64,000 bases of DNA from a virus. A program made the translations under genes and the position numbers. Of this stretch, positions 1 through 10,000 are shown piece by piece (the first letter of the stretch is position 1; each line of letters begins with the position of its first letter). The DNA lies in IMG/VR virus record IMGVR_UViG_2926584956_000001, positions 146 through 64,145 of that record, one strand, 5' to 3'. The notes beneath the pieces are model-generated. The model had not been told where the DNA came from. It searched no databases and saw nothing but the letters and a program-made list of their open reading frames with translations.

Positions 1-7
1 TATCAAC

Positions 8-40
8 CATGGTATCAGCATCGCCACCGCGTTCATGGTA
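8..40. promoter_or_regulatory. Candidate integrase arm-type sites (CATGGTA x2) near the left prophage end
   Basis: CATGGTA at 8-14 and 34-40; same heptamer twice at the right end (63939-63945, 63951-63957); GTTCATGGTA is shared by both ends. Confidence 0.45.
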
Positions 41-94
41 CTGTGAAACAAACTTTCGCATAGGTTGCATATCTGTTTGGGATTGGAGTGTGAA

Positions 95-1282
95 ATGGCG
101 TTAACCGACGTCGCTATTCGCAACATGAGCCCTGGGGACCGCGATTATAAGGTCACGGACAAGGACGGCCTCTACCTGCTTGTCCGAAAGAACGGATCGA
201 AGCTATGGCGGATGAACTACACCTTCGACCGGAAACAGAAGACGGCATCGTTCGGGAAATACCCGAGCGTCAGCCTCGCGGAAGCAAGGTCCAAATGCGC
301 TCAAGCTCGCCGCGACCTCGCCGATGGCTTCGACCCCATCGCACGCAAACAGAGAGCCGCCGAGCAGACCAAGCTCGCGGAAGGGAACCTTTTTGAGGCC
401 GTTGCGGAAGAGTACCTTGAATCACTCAAGCACCGCGGTCGAACGACAGACACCATAAGACTCCAGCAATGGGTGTTGATGGACGTGATCGGTCCAAAGA
501 TCCTTAAACGGCCGGTGTCAGAGATCCGCGCCGCCGAGGTCCTAGAGGTGCTGCGCAAGATCGAAAGCAGCGGGCGCATCGAGACCGCCCATCGCGCGCG
601 TCACGCAATGAGTGCGGTATTTCGATTGGCAATAACGACCGATAGGGCAGAAAGGAACCCAGCCGACGCCGTCAAGGGCCTACTCAAAACAAGAAAAGCA
701 AAACATCATCCGGCGATCGTTGATATCGCCCCGCTTAGAACCCTCTTGAAAACTATTGACGATTACAGAGGGCACCCCACAATGCGCCTAACCACTTTAT
801 TTCTTGCATATACATTTACACGTCCAGGGGAAGTGCGACTCTCCACATGGGACGAAATTGACTACGAGGACGATGTTTGGAGGATTCATCCTGAGCGCAT
901 GAAAATGCGCCGCCCACACGAAGTTCCACTTACCTCGTCCACCCGAAAGATCCTCCGGGACGCGAGGGCACTTCGCGCGCACAGCGAGGGCTACATCTTC
1001 CCTTCCATCCGCTCATCATCCAAGCCAATCGCCAGGGGAAGCCTGAGCCGCATGATGGGCCTTATTGGGTATCGTGGGCAGATGACGCCCCATGGCTTCC
1101 GCTCGACCGCGTCCTCCATTCTAAATGAACGCGGTTATCGCAAAGAGGCAATCGAACTCCAGCTCGCCCATGAGGAGGAGGATGAGGTTCGACGGGCCTA
1201 TAACCGCGCCCGGTACTGGGACGAACGGGTTGAGATGATGCGGGACTGGGCGAGAATCCTCGACGACCTCAGGACGGGGTAA
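95..1282 (+). CDS. int: Tyrosine integrase, P4/IntA-like with N-terminal arm-binding domain
   Basis: N-term 'DGLYLLVRKNGSKLWRMNY..GKYPSVSLAEAR'; catalytic R (TRPGE), HGFR, QLAH, AYN. ATG at 95 preferred to ORF-track TTG at 65. Confidence 0.95.
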   Translation: MALTDVAIRNMSPGDRDYKVTDKDGLYLLVRKNGSKLWRMNYTFDRKQKTASFGKYPSVSLAEARSKCAQARRDLADGFDPIARKQRAAEQTKLAEGNLFEAVAEEYLESLKHRGRTTDTIRLQQWVLMDVIGPKILKRPVSEIRAAEVLEVLRKIESSGRIETAHRARHAMSAVFRLAITTDRAERNPADAVKGLLKTRKAKHHPAIVDIAPLRTLLKTIDDYRGHPTMRLTTLFLAYTFTRPGEVRLSTWDEIDYEDDVWRIHPERMKMRRPHEVPLTSSTRKILRDARALRAHSEGYIFPSIRSSSKPIARGSLSRMMGLIGYRGQMTPHGFRSTASSILNERGYRKEAIELQLAHEEEDEVRRAYNRARYWDERVEMMRDWARILDDLRTG

Positions 1283-1299
1283 AATCACCCTTTTAATAT

Positions 1300-1312
1300 C
1301 ACCTTATAGGTG
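1300..1312. promoter_or_regulatory. Palindromic operator-like motif CACCTTATAGGTG
   Basis: Intergenic copy of the recurrent CACY-N5-RGTG motif, upstream of the AlpA-like gene. Confidence 0.6.
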
Positions 1313-1355
1313 CTATCCACTTTCCGAACGATCTCTCGCCGGGAAGTGGAGCGCC

Positions 1356-1601
1356 ATGACACTCACTGAGAAACACCGAGAAGAAGTCGGATTTCTCCGC
1401 CTGGAGCAGGTCCTGGAGTTGGTCCCCGTTGGCCGGTCCACGCTGTATCGGATGATGTCGCAAGGGCAATTCCCGACACCTTGCAAGTTTGGCCACTCTC
1501 GGATGTGGGCCTATGACGAGGTCCGTCGTTGGGCGGGCGGGATGCGCAAGCGCAAAGATGCCTCAGCCGCCCCTCGGCGCAACGACGACGACATCATTTG
1601 A
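1356..1601 (+). CDS. AlpA-family HTH protein (excisionase / recombination directionality factor)
   Basis: 'FLRLEQVLELVPVGRSTLYRMMSQGQFPTPCKFG..RMW' is the AlpA pattern; adjacent to integrase. Confidence 0.88.
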   Translation: MTLTEKHREEVGFLRLEQVLELVPVGRSTLYRMMSQGQFPTPCKFGHSRMWAYDEVRRWAGGMRKRKDASAAPRRNDDDII

Positions 1602-1618
1602 TCGCCAAGAGGACCGCA

Positions 1619-2227
1619 ATGAGTGGAGCCGCTAGGCGATTGGTTCACAACCCGGCCGTGGACGGGGTGACAGTAACTTTCCTCTCGGACGCGTTTCGCA
1701 TGTCGCGCTACCGGGTGCAGACGCGCATTCGGCGCCTCCGCCCGCTTGGCTTCGACCGAAGCAATGCCGCCCTTTATGACCTCGCCGACGCGGCAGCCTG
1801 CCTGATCGAACCCAAGGTCGACGCTGCAAAATTACTCCGCGATCTGAAACCCGAGCAACTTCCCGACCGCCTTCGAGAGACATACTGGAACGCTAAGTTC
1901 AAGCAGCTCCGCTATGAGGAGAAGGCGGGGGACCTCTGGCGCTCCGAGAAGGTGATCGCCCTCCTCTCTGAGGTACTTCAGGACATCCGAACGAAGCTCC
2001 AGCTCCTACCTGACTCGCTGGATCGGGCGATCGGCCTCTCGAATGAGCACCTGACCACGGTCACCAGCATCGTCGACACCATTCAGGACGACATCCACAA
2101 GCAGATCGTTGAGGTCGCCGCCAGCGGACGGACTGTGAACCGTCTCTTGGAAGAGGAGGAGGAAGCGGAGGGCGATCGGGATCAGGACGACCTCAGCCCT
2201 GTCGACGACTATGAGGACATCCTGTGA
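1619..2227 (+). CDS. Terminase small subunit (DUF1441 / Nu1-like)
   Basis: 'LRETYWNAKFKQLRYEEKAGDLW'; overlaps the start of the large subunit; ATG at 1619 after AGGA. Confidence 0.8.
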   Translation: MSGAARRLVHNPAVDGVTVTFLSDAFRMSRYRVQTRIRRLRPLGFDRSNAALYDLADAAACLIEPKVDAAKLLRDLKPEQLPDRLRETYWNAKFKQLRYEEKAGDLWRSEKVIALLSEVLQDIRTKLQLLPDSLDRAIGLSNEHLTTVTSIVDTIQDDIHKQIVEVAASGRTVNRLLEEEEEAEGDRDQDDLSPVDDYEDIL

Positions 2228-4302
2228 GCCACTACGAGCGCCTGGAAGATATCCTCCTCAGAGTGGCAGAGGCAGTCCGCCCCCCGGAGCGCCTTACGGT
2301 GTCCGACGCTGCCGCCAAGTACCGGAAGATCTACAACCCCGGCTCCTACGTCGGCCCCTGGGATAACGACTTCGCGCCGTATCTGATTGAGCCGATGGAC
2401 GTACTCACGTCCCTCGACCATACCGCGATGATCTTCGCGGGTCCCGCCCGTTGCGGTAAGACGGACATCTTCTTCAACTGGCTAACCCACACATCGATCT
2501 GCGACCCGGCCGACATGATGCTCGTGCACATGAGCCAGGGTACGGCCCGCGACTGGTCGATGAGTGATCTACGGCGCGTCTTCCGATACACGCCCGCGCT
2601 GGGTGAGAAGGTACTCCCCGGACGTCAGAACATGAACGTTCACGACATCCGGTTCCTGGCAGGCACTCGTCTTTTGGTTAAATGGCCAACGATCAACGAG
2701 CTGTCGGGGAAAACCATCCCGCGCGTCTGGTTCACTGACTACGACCGCATGGATGGTGACATCGACAAGGAGGGGCCACCCTTCGACCTCGGGCGAAAGC
2801 GGACCCAGACATACGGCCGTCATGGAATGACCGTCGCGGAGTCGTCCCCGGGCTATGAGATCGATAAGGCTGATTGGCAACCGTCGACGCCGCATGAGGC
2901 CCCTCCGACGCAGGGTGTCCTCGCCCTCTACAATCGCGGTGACCGGCGTCGCTTCTACTGGCGCTGCGCCCACTGTAAAGAGCCCTTTGAAGGGGACTTC
3001 AAGCACATCTCCTACCCCGACTCTGCGGACCACCTGGAGGCGGCCGAGGCCGCCACCCTGGACTGTCCTAACTGCGGGTACTCGCACACCCATGAGGCTG
3101 GCCCTGGCCAACCTGGGAAGAACGAGCTGAACTACGAGGGGCGTTGGATCAGGGAGGGGCAGCTTTGGCTGCCGGATAGGACGATCGTCGGAAATCCGCT
3201 GCGGTCGGACGTAGCCTCGTTCTGGCTCAAAGGCGTTGCGGCAGCCTTCGTCGACTGGAAAACCCTTGTCTTCAAGTACCTGAAGGCGATCGAGGAATTC
3301 GAAAAGACCGGCAACTATGGGGCGTGGAAGACGACGGTCAACACGGACCAGGGGTTGGCGTTCATCCCACCTACTCTCGTCTCCGACCGTACCCCCGAGC
3401 TTTATCGGGATCGCGCGAAGCCCCTCCCTCAACGCGTCGTCCCCCGCGACGTCCTGTTCCTTGTCGCGACCATCGACGTCCAGATCAGCCGGTTCGAGGT
3501 TCAGGTCCAGGGGGTCGGACTCGGCGGGGACGTCACTATCATTGACCGCTTCAAGATCAAATACTCGCGCCGCGAAGACCCGGACGCGCCGGGTCAGATG
3601 TTGCGGGTTTCACCGGGGACGCATCTGGAGGACTGGCATGTCCTGGTTGAGGAGGTGATCGAGCGGACTTATCCGTTGGACGACGACAGCGGACGCCATA
3701 TGGCCATCAAGGCGACGGGTTGCGACTCTGGTGGGGCCGCGGGCGTGACGGCTGCCGCCTATAACTTTTGGCGCTGGCTCAGGGATGAATGCCCTGGTGG
3801 CCATCATTTGCGGTTCCAGCTCATCAAAGGGGCTTCCTCGCCCCACGCTCCGCGCGTGAAAATCGCTTATCCCGACTCAGAGCGGAAGGACCGGCGGGCG
3901 GAGGCTCGCGGCGAAATCCCCGTCCTCGAAATCAACTCCAACATGATCAAGGATCAAGTCTACGGAATGTTGGGCCGCACGGAGCCCGGGGGTGGGATGG
4001 TCCTGTTCCCCGAATGGCTGCCGAGATGGTTCTACGCTGAGCTGACGGCTGAGGTGCGGATGCCCAACAAGGGCTGGGAAAACCCGCGGCGCGTCTCAAA
4101 CGAGGCTTGGGACTTGCTTTGCTACTGCCTAGCCATTTGCCTTTCCAGGCACATCAACATCGAGAACATCGACTGGGGTGCGCCCCCCAGCTTTGCCATG
4201 CCCTGGGACAAAAACGACTTCGTCTTCTCGCCCGATGAGGAGCGCCCGTTTGAAGAGGAGGAGGACTATGACCTGGGAAAACTCGGCGCTAGTTTAGGCT
4301 AA
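2224..4302 (+). CDS. terL: Terminase large subunit, lambda GpA family
   Basis: Walker A-like 'GPARCGKT', 'SSPG', CxxC zinc motifs, nuclease 'ATIDVQ', 'CDSGG', 'NEAWDLLCY'. Confidence 0.93.
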   Translation: MSHYERLEDILLRVAEAVRPPERLTVSDAAAKYRKIYNPGSYVGPWDNDFAPYLIEPMDVLTSLDHTAMIFAGPARCGKTDIFFNWLTHTSICDPADMMLVHMSQGTARDWSMSDLRRVFRYTPALGEKVLPGRQNMNVHDIRFLAGTRLLVKWPTINELSGKTIPRVWFTDYDRMDGDIDKEGPPFDLGRKRTQTYGRHGMTVAESSPGYEIDKADWQPSTPHEAPPTQGVLALYNRGDRRRFYWRCAHCKEPFEGDFKHISYPDSADHLEAAEAATLDCPNCGYSHTHEAGPGQPGKNELNYEGRWIREGQLWLPDRTIVGNPLRSDVASFWLKGVAAAFVDWKTLVFKYLKAIEEFEKTGNYGAWKTTVNTDQGLAFIPPTLVSDRTPELYRDRAKPLPQRVVPRDVLFLVATIDVQISRFEVQVQGVGLGGDVTIIDRFKIKYSRREDPDAPGQMLRVSPGTHLEDWHVLVEEVIERTYPLDDDSGRHMAIKATGCDSGGAAGVTAAAYNFWRWLRDECPGGHHLRFQLIKGASSPHAPRVKIAYPDSERKDRRAEARGEIPVLEINSNMIKDQVYGMLGRTEPGGGMVLFPEWLPRWFYAELTAEVRMPNKGWENPRRVSNEAWDLLCYCLAICLSRHINIENIDWGAPPSFAMPWDKNDFVFSPDEERPFEEEEDYDLGKLGASLG

Positions 4303-4366
4303 ATCTCACTTTTAATTTGCTATACACTTATGTTAGTGCTATCCCCCGATAAACGGAGGACCTGGA

Positions 4367-4609
4367 ATGGCCGTGCCGCCCAACTGCCAGCATCTGAAGC
4401 AAAAACTCGACGAGGCCGAGGCTGCTTTGCACGACCTGCAAACGGGCCGCGCAGTCCGGGTTCTCGTGGACCATGATGGGTCTCGCATCGAGTATCAGGT
4501 TGGGAACAAGGCCCAGCTTTCGGCCTATGTGAGCGAGCTACGTAAGGCACTCGACGCTTGCCTTTCAGGACGCGTCAAGTCCAACGGCCCGCTGAGGTTC
4601 GTCTGGTGA
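4367..4609 (+). CDS. Head-tail joining protein, gpW-like
   Basis: 80 aa between terL and portal; 'LDEAEAALHDLQTGRAVR..RIEYQ'. Confidence 0.8.
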   Translation: MAVPPNCQHLKQKLDEAEAALHDLQTGRAVRVLVDHDGSRIEYQVGNKAQLSAYVSELRKALDACLSGRVKSNGPLRFVW

Positions 4610-6288
4610 TGGGTGAGGATCTGGAAACCAATTCTCCGGGCGAGCCCAACCCGGAGAACGCGCCCGCATCGGCTGATCACTCTCCCGTTCTCCCGGCCGA
4701 TGCGGGCGCACCCGACGCCGTCGTTGGTGGTGCCTACGAGAGCGCGAGCTTGTTCGATCGTGGGCTGGCGCTCTGGTCACCTTCCATGGGTTCGGCCGAC
4801 TTCGACATCCTCGACGATAAGGAGGTCCTGGACGCCCGGTCGCGCGATGCGATCCGCAACGACGCCTACACGCGAGCCGGTGCCGACATCCGCAAGGACA
4901 ACATCGTCGGCTCCCTCTACATGCTCAACGCAAAGCCGAATGCGGAAGTGCTCGGCCTCGACGAAGTCTGGGCAGAGGAGTTTCAGCAGGAGGTCGAAGC
5001 GAAGTTCACGCTGTGGGCCGAGAGCATCAACAACTGGGTCGACGCCTCCCGCCGGAACAACTTTACGGATCTCGTCCGCCTCGCTGTCGGGTTGGACATG
5101 ATGGCAGGAGAGGTCCTGGCCGTCGGAGAGTGGGAGAAGGACCAGCCTCGCCCATTCAAGACGGCGGTCCAGATGGTCGACACCGATCGGCTGTCGACGC
5201 CCCCGACCGTGTTCAGCAACGACAATGTCCGCGGGGGTATCCGTAGGAACCGAAAGGGGCAGCCGGTCGGATACTACATCCGAAAGGCACACCCGACCGA
5301 TCACCGTACGCGCCTGGAGGCGCATCAGTGGCGCTATGTGCCGACCCGCAAGCCATGGGGGCGTCAGCAGGTCATCCACATCTACGAGACGTTCCGCCCG
5401 GACCAGAGCCGGGGCGTCGCCGCCATGGTCTCAGCTCTGAAAGAGACGCGGATCGCCAAGAAATTCCGCGACGTGATGCTCCAGAATGCCGTGGTCAACG
5501 CGACTTATGCGGCGACCATCGAGTCCGACCTCGATACGGAGAAAGTGTTCGAAGCCCTTGGCGGCGGGCGAGGTGGCGATGATTGGCCCAAGCAATTCAA
5601 CAAGTATGCGGGTGGTTATCTCGGCGCGCTCTCCAAATACATGGAGAACGCAAAAAATGCCGACCTGAACGGCGTCCGCATCCCTCATCTCTTCCCTGGC
5701 TCGAAGCTCCGTCTTCAGCCTGCCGGTCAGGGCGGCCCCCTGGGGACCGAGTTTGAGGCATCCCTTCTTCGCTATCTGGCGGCCAACCTCGGGGTCTCAT
5801 ACGAGCAGCTTTCCCGCGACTTCTCGAAGACAAACTACTCGTCGATGAAGGGCGCCCTCAATGAGACCGAGAAGGGCATGCGCGCCCGCAAGCGCTCGAC
5901 GGCCGACCGTTTCGCGACCCACATATTCTGGATGTGGCTGGAGGAGGCAATCGCCTTCGGTGAGATCTTCTCCCTGCCCCGCCGCGCCCCGAACTACTGG
6001 GATGGCTTGAACCGTGAGGCTTACGGGGCGTGCGAGTGGATCGGCGCTTCCCGCGGCCAGATCGACGAGCTGAAGGAAACCCAGGCTGCCGTCCTGCGCA
6101 TGCGTGCCGGTCTATCGACCCGTGAGGAAGAGCACGCGCGCCTCGGTAAGGATTGGCGGCGCGTCCTCAGTCAGCTCGCCCGGGAGAAGAAGGAGATCGA
6201 ACGCCTTGGGCTGAACCTCGACGAGAAGAGCAACATGATGAACGCCGCGTCCGGGGCACCCCGAGACCAGGAAGAGGATGCAGCTTAA
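4609..6288 (+). CDS. Portal protein, lambda family
   Basis: 'RSRDAIRND', 'RPDQSRG', 'GVSYEQLSRDFSKTNYSS'; position; TGATG coupling at 4607-4611. Confidence 0.92.
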   Translation: MGEDLETNSPGEPNPENAPASADHSPVLPADAGAPDAVVGGAYESASLFDRGLALWSPSMGSADFDILDDKEVLDARSRDAIRNDAYTRAGADIRKDNIVGSLYMLNAKPNAEVLGLDEVWAEEFQQEVEAKFTLWAESINNWVDASRRNNFTDLVRLAVGLDMMAGEVLAVGEWEKDQPRPFKTAVQMVDTDRLSTPPTVFSNDNVRGGIRRNRKGQPVGYYIRKAHPTDHRTRLEAHQWRYVPTRKPWGRQQVIHIYETFRPDQSRGVAAMVSALKETRIAKKFRDVMLQNAVVNATYAATIESDLDTEKVFEALGGGRGGDDWPKQFNKYAGGYLGALSKYMENAKNADLNGVRIPHLFPGSKLRLQPAGQGGPLGTEFEASLLRYLAANLGVSYEQLSRDFSKTNYSSMKGALNETEKGMRARKRSTADRFATHIFWMWLEEAIAFGEIFSLPRRAPNYWDGLNREAYGACEWIGASRGQIDELKETQAAVLRMRAGLSTREEEHARLGKDWRRVLSQLAREKKEIERLGLNLDEKSNMMNAASGAPRDQEEDAA

Positions 6289-7607
6289 TGTACAAGGCGC
6301 TTTTGTCCCGCTTCTCCGACTCGCCGAGCTTGGTGTCGGAAAGCCAGATTAAGTATTTCGAGGGGTGTCTTCACGCTCTGTCCCAGAGCCCGGATCTGTC
6401 TGCTCTTCTGGACGCGAAAGCCGAAGATGGCGACGAGTTCTGGGACCCGAAGGACCCCTTCCTCGCGGCCCGTCGCCCGTACATTGTCCGCGGCGGGGTG
6501 CTCCAGATCCCCGTTGCCGGGGTGCTCCTGAATAACTTCCCATGGCAGATCGGGGGGTGGGCGACCGGTTACCAGTACATCTCGCGCGCGTTTCAACGCG
6601 GCTTGGCTGACCCCGAGGTGTCAAGCATCGCCTTCGTCATCAACTCGCCGGGTGGAAACACTGCGGAGTGCTTTGACCTCACCGACCGCATTCAAGCGGC
6701 AAAGGGGCAGAAGCCCGTTGGCGCGTTCGCCTATGAGATGGCGTTTTCGGCCGCCTACGCGATCGCAGCCTCTGCCGATTCGATCGTTATGTCCCGGACG
6801 GGCGGCGTCGGGTCGATCGGTTGCGTCATGATGCACGTCGACTTCAGCAAGGCCATGGACGCGGCGGGGGTGAAAGTCACTTTCGTTTCCGCACCCGAGG
6901 GCGGTCACAAGACCGACGGGAACCCCTATGAGCCGCTGGGCGACGAAACCCGGGCGCGCATGCAGGCCCGCGTCGACGAGTCTTACCAGACCTTCGTCTC
7001 CACCGTGGCCAACGGTCGCGGGATGACCGAAGACGCCGTTAGGGAGACGAAGGCCCTGACATTCACAGCAACCCAAGCTCTTTCCAACGGGCTCGCCGAT
7101 GAGGTGGCACCGTTCGATGAGGCCCTGGCCGCGTTCGCGGCGAACTCCACTGAGAAAGGAACCGAAATGACTGAGAAGAGCAAACAGACCGACGATACGT
7201 CTGTTGACGCATCGACCCATCAGACGGCCGTCGCCAACGCCGAAGCGAAGGGCTTCGCCGAGGGTGTGTCGGCTGAGCGCGGACGCATCAATGCGATCCT
7301 CAGCTCGGAAGAGGGCAAGGCGCGTCCGAAGGCCGCTCTTTCGGCCGCGCTGAAGACCGACATGACGGCTGAGCAGGTCACCGCATTCATCGCCGATCTC
7401 CCCGAGGAGAAGGCTGAAGCCTCGACCGGAAGCAACACCGGGTCCCAGGCTGAACGGAACGCCCAGAACTTCGACGCGGCCATGAGCGCCGACAACCCCG
7501 ACGTCGGGGCTGGTGACGACGAGAGCGGCAAGGGCACGGAAGACGACGTCACCGCCCTCGCCGCCAACTTCGGTCTTTCCGGATTCAAGAGCCGACAGAC
7601 CACTTAA
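6288..7607 (+). CDS. S49 prohead protease with C-terminal scaffold-like region (lambda gpC-like)
   Basis: 'INSPGG', 'AFSAAYAIAAS', 'GSIG', 'KTDGNPYEPL'; TAATG coupling at 6286-6290. Confidence 0.9.
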   Translation: MYKALLSRFSDSPSLVSESQIKYFEGCLHALSQSPDLSALLDAKAEDGDEFWDPKDPFLAARRPYIVRGGVLQIPVAGVLLNNFPWQIGGWATGYQYISRAFQRGLADPEVSSIAFVINSPGGNTAECFDLTDRIQAAKGQKPVGAFAYEMAFSAAYAIAASADSIVMSRTGGVGSIGCVMMHVDFSKAMDAAGVKVTFVSAPEGGHKTDGNPYEPLGDETRARMQARVDESYQTFVSTVANGRGMTEDAVRETKALTFTATQALSNGLADEVAPFDEALAAFAANSTEKGTEMTEKSKQTDDTSVDASTHQTAVANAEAKGFAEGVSAERGRINAILSSEEGKARPKAALSAALKTDMTAEQVTAFIADLPEEKAEASTGSNTGSQAERNAQNFDAAMSADNPDVGAGDDESGKGTEDDVTALAANFGLSGFKSRQTT

Positions 7608-7621
7608 CTTCCACATAAAAG

Positions 7622-7634
7622 CACTTTATAAGTG
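7622..7634. promoter_or_regulatory. Palindromic operator-like motif CACTTTATAAGTG
   Basis: Intergenic, upstream of the decoration gene; identical copy at 31550-31562. Confidence 0.6.
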
Positions 7635-7661
7635 CAATACACCAACGCGAAGGAGCCTGCT

Positions 7662-8069
7662 ATGGCGAACGAGAAAGTACCGTACCCGGAGGCAGGCCAG
7701 GCCGCCTTCGAACAGCTCGACGACTATCACTCGGACCTCCTGATCTCGGGAAGTTGGCCGATTCTGTCGCCGGGCTATCCGCTTCCCGTGAAGGCCGACG
7801 AGGAGCTTAAGAAGTTCCAGGTCTGCGGGCGTGACTCCAACGGCGACGTCGTGCCCGCCGTCAAAGACACCGTTCAGGCGTCGCTGATCTGCACCCAGGC
7901 GGTCACGGGTGCCACGGACGGCACGACGACGGCGCCGTTCTTCTACGCGGGCTGCTTCAACCCGGACGCGCTGGTCTGGGACGCCTCCTACGCGACCGAC
8001 GAGGACAAGCGCGCCGCCTTCGAGGGTGCGCCGTCTCCCACCCAGATCCTCATTCGCGCTCGCGGCTGA
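7662..8069 (+). CDS. Head decoration protein (gpD-like)
   Basis: Between protease and capsid; 'FFYAGCFNPDALVW'; RBS AAGGAG before ATG 7662. Confidence 0.8.
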   Translation: MANEKVPYPEAGQAAFEQLDDYHSDLLISGSWPILSPGYPLPVKADEELKKFQVCGRDSNGDVVPAVKDTVQASLICTQAVTGATDGTTTAPFFYAGCFNPDALVWDASYATDEDKRAAFEGAPSPTQILIRARG

Positions 8070-8100
8070 TCGAGCGGAAACAAAGAAAGGACCTCGATCA

Positions 8101-9189
8101 ATGTCTGCACCCTACAAAGTCTGGGACACCCGGAAGTCCCTCGGCGTCTACCGGGACGTCGAGCCGACCTACAGCTACTGGCGCCAGCTCTTCTTTCCGT
8201 ACTCGATCACCTCCACTGACGAATGGATCGACTTCGAGAAGCTGATGAAGGTCGGCCGTCGCCTCGCGCCGTTCGTTCGTCCGCTCGCCGCCGGCAAGCC
8301 GCTGTACGACGACTCCTCGGGCTCCTTCCGGTTCAAACCGGCCTACGTCAAGGCCCTTGATCCGATCGATCCGACGGCGCCCCTCGTGAAGCGTCCGGGC
8401 GTCGACCGCTCCATGTTGAGCCAGGGCGAGCTGACGCCCATGCAGCGCCGGGAGCTACTGAAGATGGCCATCACGGCTCAGCACATCCAGGCGATCGAGC
8501 GTCGCTGGGAGTGGATGTGTGCCCGTGCGATCATCGACGCGAAAGTGACGATCGAGGGCGAGAATTACCCGAAGACGGAACTCGATTTCCGTCGCGACCC
8601 GGCCCACTACATCGTCAAGACCCCTGGCACCTACTGGGGCGACACGGGCGTCTCCATCTTCGACGACCTCCAGCGGATGGTCGACACGATGTTCAATGCG
8701 CAGTTCGGCGGGTTCCCGACGCGCATCACCATCGGGTCTCGCGTCTGGGCCGTGCTTCGGCAGGACGAGGAGTTCATGAAGCACATGGACAACAACTACC
8801 GCGGCCCGGCGGCGACCATCGAGCGGGGCCTTATCAGCGCCGAGAAGGTCGTGAAGGTCGGTGAGATGACGGTCGGCGGCGGCTCGGGTGCCTCCATCGG
8901 CATCTGGCTCTACCAAGACACCTTCGAAGACGACAACGGCACCGAGGTTCCGTTCATGGCTTCGACGGACATCGTCCTCACGGCGACCGGCGAGCGGATC
9001 ATGGGTCACCAGTGCTTCGGCGCAATCATCGACCCCTACGCGGAGTATCAGGCGCTGGAAATCTTCCCGCGCAACTGGATGGAGACCGGTGATCCGGCGG
9101 TCGAATACATGCTCCACCAGTCGGCCCCGCTCATGGTGCCGGTGAACACCAACGCGACGCTGCGCGCCACCGTGGTCCCGGCCGCGTAA
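8101..9189 (+). CDS. Major capsid protein, lambda gpE family
   Basis: 'RRLAPFVRP', 'FKPAYVK', 'AIERRWEWMCARA', 'QSAPLMVP'; RBS AAAGGA. Confidence 0.92.
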   Translation: MSAPYKVWDTRKSLGVYRDVEPTYSYWRQLFFPYSITSTDEWIDFEKLMKVGRRLAPFVRPLAAGKPLYDDSSGSFRFKPAYVKALDPIDPTAPLVKRPGVDRSMLSQGELTPMQRRELLKMAITAQHIQAIERRWEWMCARAIIDAKVTIEGENYPKTELDFRRDPAHYIVKTPGTYWGDTGVSIFDDLQRMVDTMFNAQFGGFPTRITIGSRVWAVLRQDEEFMKHMDNNYRGPAATIERGLISAEKVVKVGEMTVGGGSGASIGIWLYQDTFEDDNGTEVPFMASTDIVLTATGERIMGHQCFGAIIDPYAEYQALEIFPRNWMETGDPAVEYMLHQSAPLMVPVNTNATLRATVVPAA

Positions 9190-9272
9190 GCGCGTCCCAA
9201 TCAATCCGGTCGGCGGTTATCTCGCCGACCGGTCGACCTTCAAACAACACAATCATCCATCGGAGAAACGAG

Positions 9273-9572
9273 ATGAAACAGTTTGCGGTGCACACCGTCC
9301 ACTACGCCGAGAATGGCATCAAGAAAGTCGCCAAGCCGGGCTCGACCTTCGACATCGACGACAAGACCGCCGGGGACCTCAAGGCGGTCGGCGCCTCCCG
9401 TGATCTGACCAGCGAAGAGGTCGAGTTGGAGGAGTTCCGCTCTTCCAAGTCCAAGCCGTCGGCGCCGAAGACCGGGAAGACCGAGAAGACCGAAGGCGGG
9501 GACACCTCCAAGACCACGCGCGTCAAGCAGCCCACGGCTCCCTCTGGCGACGAGGGTGACGAGGACATCTGA
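9273..9572 (+). CDS. Small virion assembly protein (gpFI position)
   Basis: RBS GGAG, follows capsid, charged C-tail; function from synteny only. Confidence 0.55.
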   Translation: MKQFAVHTVHYAENGIKKVAKPGSTFDIDDKTAGDLKAVGASRDLTSEEVELEEFRSSKSKPSAPKTGKTEKTEGGDTSKTTRVKQPTAPSGDEGDEDI

Positions 9573-10000
9573 TGAGCCGCTTTCGCGCTCATATGGATAG
9601 AGGGCGGCGGACGCTTCATGAGCACATGAGCGTCCCCGCCCTCTATTTTGATGCCGCCCTGACCCACGTCCAGGCGGTCACCGTGCGTGTGCATGAGAAC
9701 TACGTGCGCGTCGGCGGTCAAAGTAACTTTCATGCGGCCGAGGTTGAGGAAGACTCCCCCCGCATCAGCTTTCTTCTGTCGGAGGTCGAGCAGCCGCAGC
9801 GCGGCTTTTATGTCACCACAGGGCCGGGCGTCGGATATGTGGTCGATCACAAGCTCCCGTCCGGCTCCGTCGATGTGATGGCGGAGGTAACCCGCCAGCG
9901 TCCGGTTGACATAGCGGGTTTGCCGACACCCTACGGAGACGGGTGGCTCCCTGCATTCATCCGGGGCTCTCTGACATTTCCGGCCATGCGAGGTGGATGA
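9572..10000 (+). CDS. Head-tail adaptor (gpFII-like)
   Basis: Coupled to upstream stop; synteny. Confidence 0.6.
   Translation: MSRFRAHMDRGRRTLHEHMSVPALYFDAALTHVQAVTVRVHENYVRVGGQSNFHAAEVEEDSPRISFLLSEVEQPQRGFYVTTGPGVGYVVDHKLPSGSVDVMAEVTRQRPVDIAGLPTPYGDGWLPAFIRGSLTFPAMRGG

Noticed and set aside
1-64. attL/attR core duplication or target tRNA
   Set aside because: Only short CATGGTA / GTTCATGGTA matches are shared between the ends; no long direct repeat or tRNA fragment lies inside the window
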